Assembly: GCF_000143415.4 (NCBI RefSeq)
Contig: NW_003314445.1
Span: 102,891-134,442 of the forward strand
Source: Selaginella moellendorffii
Taxonomy: Eukaryota > Plantae > Lycopodiophyta
Reading direction: 5' to 3'
Length of the DNA: 31,552 nt
The notes under the pieces are model-generated. The model saw only the letters and a program-made list of their open reading frames with translations, did not search any database and had not been told where the DNA came from. Each line of letters opens with the position of its first letter. Within the stretch, counting starts at the first letter, position 1. Below, piece by piece: positions 23,971 through 31,552 of this stretch. The translations under genes and the position numbers were made by a program.

Positions 23971-24599
23971 GTTCTATTTTATAGTTATCCTATGGTAAAT
24001 CACCATAGGATAAAGGAACTTTATTGTTGCCTTTATACTTGTATTGGATCTTAACAGACATTTCCTACAAAAACTTTTGCCAATGAGTAAGGTGTCCTTG
24101 AAGGTCCTTTTAATGATTGAAATACTAGAGAGATTTATGGTTTGAATCTATAATAATTGTTATACTAATAAATGTAGAATTAATATAAATAATTAACTGT
24201 GTTGAATATTTAGTAGTTTTTAAACCTTTTCACTATTTTAGTGGAAGTTTAATCCATACAAATAATGTTGCCATTCATTCACAACAACAATCACAACTTA
24301 CAACTCTTTATCTCAAGTAGGCCAATTCCACTATATAATATTGAACTTGTGGCTTGTGACCGTGAAAGAATACCTAACTTGAAGCAATACAACCCTAATA
24401 ACATTATCACTCACATTATTGCATATCATTGTTTATAGATTCCACCATAGTCACTTTAGCATTTGTTAACCCCTTCAATGTCTAGCCTTATGGCAATGAT
24501 AACAATTGCCCTTTACCTTGTCTACGGATAGTAAACATAAACTTGTTGGTAACCAATTTGCTATATGCTCTAAAAATATAATACTTATATAGTGAATAT

Positions 24600-25439
24600 T
24601 CCATTATCAATCTGTACAAAGCTACCATCAGATTTGAGCTTGCTATTGCCCACAGATGTCCAAATACTCTCATCTGTTCATTCGAGGCTCCAATCACCTG
24701 GGAGAGCAGAGCAAGGACAATGAATACACAGGCAAACCTTGAGCTCCCTAGCACTAAAGTTTGATCCCAAGAGTGAAGAGATAGCACTTTCGTTGCCAGA
24801 ACCATACTCATACAATGCTGAAGCAATCTGACAGGTCGAAAATAANNNNNNNNNNNNNNNNNNNNNNNNNNNNNNNNNNNNNNNNNNNNNNNNNNNNNNN
24901 NNNNNNNNNNNNNNNNNNNNNNNNNNNNNNNNNNNNNNNNNNNNNTGAGCTATCGTTTGGTGAATCTCCTCTGTAGAACCGATCGTTTATGCTCTGATGA
25001 GAATCAGAGTGAGGTCACTTTGACAACATTTCTCACCGTTGATTCAATATGAGAGTAATTGTTTGGCCTCTGCAATAAAGAGCTTTGAACCAGTGACCAA
25101 AGGACCAGAAAATCATGTGGACTAAACACAAAAAGTAAGGAAAATATAAGTTCAAAAATCGCCGCCAGCCCACGTACCTTGTCCACAAAGAGCTTCGTGA
25201 TGTGATCTCCAAATCTGTTTACTTGAAGACACAGCAAAAATTCCAACGCGTTTAAGCTCACCTGCACATTATTGATTACTTAGTGTTGGATTTTTCTGTT
25301 AAGAGAGCTTACCGCAAATGTATCCCTTTCAGCTCTTTCGTGGTCTCCCCATATACGGGTGTCAAATATGCGTAGCACGTTCTCAGCTGGACCACCCTCT
25401 AGATGACAAAGCTCTAAATGCCACCAGTTATGACTATGC
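24600..25439 (-). CDS. TTC38-like tetratricopeptide protein, 3' exons only (partial gene or pseudogene)
   Basis: Exon 25439-25313: HSHNWWHLELCHLEGG...VLRIFDTRIW. Exon 25261-25178: VSLNALEFLLCL. Later exons: IASALYEYGSGNE...LLGSNFSARELK|VIGASNEQMRVF. These match recalled plant TTC38 motifs (THNWWH, YLNAL, IGASxEQ). No 5' exons were found. Confidence 0.8.
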
Positions 25440-25640
25440 CTGCAAGAGAAAAAACAGAAACCAGAAGTGAGTTCGTATCACATCTATTTGAAAGAAGATC
25501 TTCTCAATCGTTAGATTCCAATGGAAACATTCAGCCATTCATCTTCCAATCTAAAGCAGATTCCTTGGAACGCAATCCTTCCTTTAAGGTGAGCGATGTT
25601 CCACGAGGCATAGCGCTACAAGTGAGTCATTCTATCTCAA

Positions 25641-25715
25641 CCATTGCCTTGTGGACGTTCTCACCAAGTCTGGAGGGCTGGAGGAGGCCGAGGAGCTCAT
25701 GCATAGCGTGCCTGG
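25641..25715 (+). pseudogene. PPR (PLS-class) motif remnant
   Basis: HCLVDVLTKSGGLEEAEELMHSVP resembles the HYxCMVDLLGRAGxLEEAExLIxxMP motif. Confidence 0.7.
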
Positions 25716-26338
25716 CATCCGAGAGAATAAGAAACCAGGCCACCTGTTGCTCGGACAAGCAATCTCCCGGACCCTTGGCTTCGACCAGTTTTGCCCTCCT
25801 TGGTTTTCTGCAAGAAGCATATGAATCACTGACAATCCCGTAATTGTGTGGAGGTCTTCATTCTCCCAGTTAACCCTCCCAGAGTGCTTCCACGACGAGT
25901 TGCCTAGCTCCACCATCGCATATGGCTTGAAGAGGAGATTCAATAAGCGAGCTTCGGACTGGATAGAAAGAAATCCATGCACAAGTCCAATGGTGCAGTC
26001 TCTGCGAAATAACACAAAACAAGGTTTTTTTCAACACAAAGAGCCTCTTGCAATGCGCAAACAAGAAGAGCAGAAGAAGTCCACAAGAAAATGAAACAAG
26101 AACCTGAAGTGTGTCTGGAAGACATCTAGAACGAGTTTTTCTTCCCACTTGGCAGGCAAGTATCTGGACAAGACAAACCATCGATCAACCTGCTTGAATC
26201 AAAACAGAGCAAACTATGGCAACTGACAAGAAGTTCATTCCCGCGTTTGCTTCCCACACACAAGGCAGTCACAACAAGCTAAGCTGTTTGACATCACAGC
26301 ACTGCAAGAAAACGATTACAAGCTCGATCACTCACCTG
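25716..26338 (-). pseudogene. FAN1: FAN1 pseudogene copy 3, internally collapsed
   Basis: 26134-26338 matches the UBZ exon and introns (compare 30447-30720). It is joined at ~26133 to the VRR_NUC region (compare 27803-28258). Many small deletions. Confidence 0.88.
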
Positions 26339-26619
26339 NNNNNNNNNNNNNNNNNNNNNNNNNNNNNNNNNNNNNNNNNNNNNNNNNNNNNNNNNNNNNN
26401 NNNNNNNNNNNNNNNNNNNNNNNNNNNNNNNNNNNNNNTTAGCGGACCGGCCGCTTCCTCCTCGCCCTCCCAATACATCTCAACCGTACGCACACAAAAA
26501 AAAAAAAACATTTCATAGAACTTTTCATCTGCAAACACGACATCCTTGTAGATAACTTATTCATCTTTAGCTAGTAGCTCATCTAAGCTCGAAGAATCTG
26601 AACGGCGACGCTTATGGGA

Positions 26620-27745
26620 TTGACGCTGGATGCTTGGCCTTGCAATTCGCCGAGACTGCCCAGATGTTCTTCTGGCAGCTCACAGCGCGGAAGAAAAACT
26701 TGTGATCGGTGGAAGAAGCGGTCGTCAGCTGCACATAAGTTCTTGCCTCCACACAATGATCCGGCCATGTCGTTCCATAGGTGCACAAAGTAGTGGTGCC
26801 GGGGCAATCCAGTCACCACCTCCCAGGAAAGATCTTGGGCTGCGAAAACAAGCGTCTGTCCGGCACCACCGGGCGAGCTTAAGATCACCTGCTTGTGAGA
26901 AGATTTCGTGGGTGGAGAACGCAGCATTGGTGCTGCGAAGCTCCATCGATTCTTGCGAAGACGCTCACCGATTTGCAAGGAGATAGAGTTTGGGACCCAG
27001 AGCCCTGCACTCGAATCCTCCCGTGTTGGGCTCATCCTGGCGAGCAAGTACCAGCAATGCACATTCTGCTATCACATATGCCCACTTTGGGCATCTTGAC
27101 GAGGCGATCAAGGTTTTCCACTCCCCTTCTCTCGGAACATCCTATTACGGGTCCTTTGCGAAGAAAATCGCGTTGCTGATGCGAGGAAAGCCAGGACGTG
27201 GTGACCTGGACGACAATAGTGAGCACATATGCCCCGATTGGGCATAATGACGAGGCAAATGCCGCAACGAGCTGTTCTGGCTTGGCTCGGGCCGAGACAT
27301 GCATCACGCCAGCCAAATCTTCTTTGGGATGCCCCAGTGCGATGATGGTTTAGTCTCTACGTGTTCTCCCAACGGACTCCATGCCCACAATGGGGATATG
27401 GAGCAAGCAACTGCATTGTTCGATAGGATACTCATCAAGGATGACAGAGTCGCGGGGGATGTTCTTTAAGGTGCATGGAATCCCTCGTGATTCATCTCTT
27501 TGGAACTCGCATTTCCTGATCCTCCGCCGAGAGGATTCTTTAAGATGACGGTGGAGGCCGTGGTGATTCTATCACCTCGCGGTCCCGATCGAAGAGCTCT
27601 TGAGACGGTGACACTGAAGACTTGGCACTGGCTGTGTTTCGCAGTCCACAGCGGGTGCTTACCGGTTCTTATGACTTCAAGCACCGAGCAGTGCCGGGCC
27701 CGAGACGGCTGTGCAGGCCTCTGCAACTTGCTCCGAGTAGCCGAT
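26620..27745 (+). pseudogene. Degenerate PLS-class PPR gene remnant
   Basis: Broken motifs GRQLH, RALHS, TYAHFGHLDEAIKVF, TWTTIVSTYAPIGHNDEA, IFFGMPQCD and AHNGDMEQATALFDRI occur in shifting frames. Confidence 0.65.
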
Positions 27746-30700
27746 CTAGGATCGATCATTCATCGTCTTGGAGACCTTGCAAAGTTCCACAGGAACATTA
27801 GCGTCCGAGAGAATAAGAAAACAGGCCACCTGTTGCTCGGACAAGCGATCCCCTGGACCCTTGACTTCAGCCAGCTTCGCCTCTTTCTCCTTCCACAGCA
27901 GAAGATCAGGCATTCCAGCCGTCCAGTTACTGTGGTCTTCTGCAAGAAGCTTGCAAATCACCGACAATCCTGGACCTCCGATACAGACCGTTATTGTTTG
28001 AAGGTCTTCAAGCGAGTACTTCTCCCAGTTTACCCCGCTACATGATGTCCCGTAGTGCTCTGCCCAAGTCTCAGCCACGAGTTGCCTAGCTCCGCCATCG
28101 CGTATGGCTTGAAGACGAGATTCAATAAGCGAGCTTCGGACTGGATAGAATGAATCCGTGCACAAGTCCAATGGTGCAGTCTGCAAACAAGAACTGTAGA
28201 GCAACCACGAGAAAATGAAACAAGAACCTGAAAAGGTGTCTGGAAGACATCTGGAACGTCTGAAATGGACTCCTTTCCAGCCGCCTCCATCTTCTCCGGC
28301 ATAGTATTGAAGTGCCAGGTCCTCCACACTGCATTGTTGCCCATCGTAGCCATAAAATCTGCTCTTCATTCCATTGGCATTGTTTAGCGGCCTTCCCATA
28401 ATCGTCACCTTCAGAAACAGAGTTGTAGCTGAAGGCCAAATATCTGGAAGACACAGTACGTACCACCTTGTGTTTTTTCTTTAAAAGCGCTGCATATGGA
28501 GGTACTGTCCACCTTCTAGGAGGTTTACCTAGTCGGAGAACCCTCCGTTGCAAAGCGATACGATCCCCTCCTCGGACGTTGAAATCGTTTAATCCGTTTT
28601 CTGCAACGAGCAGGCTCTCTTCTAAACGCTGTAAGTGCTCCAAGTCAATAGATTGCCGGAGAGTCCAGTATCCTCTCCGTCCAGGACAATACTGCATGCT
28701 AAGGAGCTGCTTGAAGAGGTTTACAGCTTCAGCGTATCTGTTCAAGAGCCAGTTTTCGTTCAAAAGCATTGTCCGCCATTGGTGAAAGAGCGTACCTGCG
28801 TTCTTTCTCCAGAAAAGATGCAGCCACAGTTGTTGCATACACCCATGCAGCCGAAAATCGTGCTAAAAATGGATGCTTGATCTCGGTGTGTGCATTGATC
28901 AATTCGAGTGTAGTCCTTGCTTTTCGAAAGGAGGAGTTTACAGCCTCAGAATTACCAGCTTCCAGGGATCCAATTTCCTCCAAAGTAATGATGGAATGGC
29001 CATCAACCACCTGAGCCAATTACAATGCCTGAAAACTCGACGGTCAGACAAATTTTATAACAAAGTAGGAACGGACCTGCTCATACGCCAGAAAGTCCTC
29101 TCGAGAAGAAAAAACTGGCATTGTTCTAGCGCACCTATAGCCTGGATACTTGATCCTTCCAATATCCACAAGAAGAAAAACATGGAACTCCTGCTCACCG
29201 TTTAGAAAGAACAGCCTCTGAATAAATAAATAAATAAATAAATTGCTCAGCAGTGTAACACTTTGGAGAAGATGTCAACTGACCTGTAAATGCCAAAGTA
29301 GAACTTCAACTGTTTCGGCTATTCGAATGCATGGGCCGGTTGCTTCACGAATTAAAGCCGTTAGATTACTGCCGCCAAGTATTTCACGCTTGTATAAAAA
29401 ACCAATGATCACTTGCTACTTACAAATGCAGCGAAATCAATGCATCTCGAATTGCTGTAATAAGCTGAATCTTTTTCAAACTTAGCATAGCACTTTTGAT
29501 CTGTAAGCAGGAACAGAAATAAAAACAAGGAAGAAAGTCTTAGAAGTAACTACCATGATTTTGCTGTTAACTGCCAAATCTTTGAGCTCCCGTACAGTCA
29601 GATGTTCAAGTAACTCAGACGAATTCACGTCACGTCGAAAACTAAGTAGCGTCCCTCTGTTACAAGGGAGCAAACATATTATGAAGTACACGATGAAAGA
29701 AATTGAGTACCGACTAAATCATGGACTGCAGAGTTTGTGTCACCAATATTTTCATAGAAAATGTTCTGAAGACGGAACCATGGCCCTGCAAAACCACTGT
29801 CTCCCTTGAGTCATAGTTTGTCCGACGGCGTTTAGCTTACCCTTTCGTTGAGCCAAGGCGCTGTCCATCAGACGAGATTGAACGAAATGCCTCGAGAAGT
29901 TCGATCTCGTCTGGAGTAAAGAGATGGAGATCCCGTTCCAATACCACTTGGAGCATGTAGAGAAAATTCTGTTGGTATTGACAGCCGCGGTCTTGTCCCT
30001 TATCAGCTGCATCCATCAGACGGCTCCATTTGACAGCCAGCACTTTTTCTTCTGAGAGACTTCCAATAGTCCGATTCTGGATCTCACGCAAATCAAGCTT
30101 GAGGCGTGCAGCTTCCAATGTACTCTCGGAGACATATCCCTGAACGCTTTGTGAACAATTGGAAAACGCCCCAGAGATTAATTACCTGAACGTCTACCAC
30201 GCCTTTTTCCATGAGAGGAGACAAATAACGCTCTGCTGGAAGGACGCTGTTGGCCACGTCGGGCTCCTCAAAGCATTCAAGAGTAGAAGAAACTTCCGGT
30301 TTCGGAGACCCTGCCGCCGTGTTACAGTCGACCCCAGTCTCGAGCGGAGGAGACTGCTGGATTTCTAGTACGCAGTTTCCACTTTCCTCGTACTCTATCT
30401 TTTTCGACAAGTTGAAGTGAAAGAGTGTATGCTGGACATTGTTCTTCTTTTTCTTCCCACTTTGCAGGCAAGTATCTGGACAAGAGACACCATCGATCAG
30501 CGTGCTTGAATCAAAACAGAGCAAAATCCAAACCAAGATGGCAGTTGACGAGAAGTTCATTCCCGCGTATTTGCTTCCCACACACAGGGCATTCCACCCA
30601 GTCACAACAAGCTAAGCTCAGGCCTCCTTTTATTTCCAGTGAAACATCACCGCACTCCAACTCTTCCTGCAGGAAAACGATCACAGATCCACCGAAGAAA

Positions 30701-30791
30701 TAGAAGCTCGATCACTCACCCGAGCTGGGAGTGACACATTGCGCTGCCGCTTCCCAACAAGCCGAATCAAGCTCTCACGGCCCCGGAGCAT
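27746..30791 (-). pseudogene. FAN1: FAN1 copy 2 (full span, disabled)
   Basis: Collinear with copy 1, plus the VRR_NUC PD-(D/E)xK core (AGMPDLLLW...LAEVKGPGDRLSEQQ). Lesions: 253-bp HIRAN deletion (~30230), 11-bp frameshift deletion (~29855), ~30-bp insertion (~28970-29000), 6-bp deletion (~28830), and a frameshift just after GWKGVH (~28264). Confidence 0.92.
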
Positions 30792-31318
30792 TGCTGAGAT
30801 TACCGCATTGAACACCGCCGAGCTGTGTGTAGGACGCTTCCTCTTCGCAGTCACCTGTATTACAAGCAAAGTCAAGGTCAAAGTCAAGGTCAAAGTCCTT
30901 CAAAGTTCGTTACAAGCAAAGTCAAGGTCAAAGTCAAGGTCAAAGTCCTTCAAAGTTTGGTCACCTGTATTACAAGCAAACACAAAGAGATCTTCTTAGC
31001 GTGCTTCGACCAAGGGGAGAAGTTAATATCTACACGGCACTTCAAGACTATGAAGTCAATATAAATCGCAATCCCACTCCTCAAGGCTATAAAAACAGCC
31101 CCAAAATTCCATTGCACAACCACGAGTGCTCACACTATCAATTTAAGTTCCATGGCATTAGTCATGATAATGTTTATGCTATGCCTTTTAGGATTTTCTC
31201 CGTTCTCTACACTGGCATCTCCCTCTAGTATTATAACTGTGTCTGTGTTTAGGAAGTTCTTCCCATCCAACATCGCGAATCCTTTCTACACATACAATGA
31301 TTTCATTGCGGCAACAAA
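28278..31318. repeat. Segmental direct repeat of positions 1-3312 (FAN1 plus chitinase cassette)
   Basis: Position 1 (CAGCCGCCTCCATC) corresponds to 28278. The copies are near-identical apart from indels up to the gap at 3313. Confidence 0.97.
30860..30957. repeat. 50-bp tandem repeat (2 copies) built from CAAAGT/CAAGGT hexamers
   Basis: TTACAAGCAAAGTCAAGGTCAAAGTCAAGGTCAAAGTCCTTCAAAGTT at 30860 and 30910; absent from copy 1. Confidence 0.9.
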
Positions 31319-31552
31319 ATACTATCCCACGTTTGGAAGCTCGGGGAGTCTTGATGTTCAAAAGAGGGAACTGGCTGCCTACTTTGCAAATGTGAAGCAG
31401 GAGACTGGAAGTAAACTCGCTTAGTATTTATCCATTAATTTCACTAATGTCTTTGATTGTAGCACTGCAATACATTCGAGAGATCAACCGAAACAACGTC
31501 TATTGTGACACTAGCCGTGGGATCCCATGTCCTGCAGTACAAGGCTACTATG
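31152..31552 (+). CDS. Secreted GH19 chitinase, copy 2 (5' part; runs off the window)
   Basis: Exon 1 31152-31410 (...KRELAAYFANVKQETG), intron 31411-31462, exon 2 TLQYIREINRNNVYCD...CPAVQGYY. Both putative catalytic glutamates are present. Confidence 0.93.

Noticed and set aside
23971-23975. Target-site duplication of the outer element
   Set aside because: The left boundary lies in the N gap, so GTTCT cannot be matched.
23971-24070. Helitron 3' end at the hairpin
   Set aside because: There is no CTRR terminus at the expected distance on either strand, and the stem is not GC-rich.
27746-28408. Stand-alone phage-type VRR-NUC nuclease gene
   Set aside because: It is the frameshifted, intron-containing 3' end of FAN1 copy 2.
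30860-30957. CRISPR-like or functional KVKVKV/SRSK peptide repeat
   Set aside because: There are no spacers and the context is eukaryotic. The repeat is explained as filler derived from flanking sequence, and the ORFs over it are incidental.

Overview
This is eukaryotic land-plant genomic DNA with six N-gaps. The 40-60 nt introns and abundant PPR debris suggest a compact genome such as Selaginella, which is an inference. Both ends of the window carry the same head-to-head cassette, repeated about 28.3 kb apart: FAN1 nuclease (minus strand) and a GH19 chitinase (plus strand). The left FAN1 looks intact where visible. The right FAN1 is a pseudogene carrying end-joining-type scars. A third, collapsed FAN1 copy and a third chitinase copy are also present. 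Between the cassettes lies a ~10.8-kb minus-strand non-chromoviral Ty3/gypsy element with extra ORFs before gag and after pol. A 7.26-kb plus-strand LTR element (TSD TGTTG) is nested in its RT/RNase H junction; its LTRs are well matched but its interior is almost completely decayed. GDSL-lipase, TTC38-like and PPR fragments fill the rest. The most unusual signals are a 33-bp hairpin shared by the inner LTRs and the outer element's flank, the decayed-yet-mobile inner element, the outer element's accessory ORFs, and templated filler DNA in the duplicated FAN1/chitinase intergenic region. All identifications are by eye; no searches were run.
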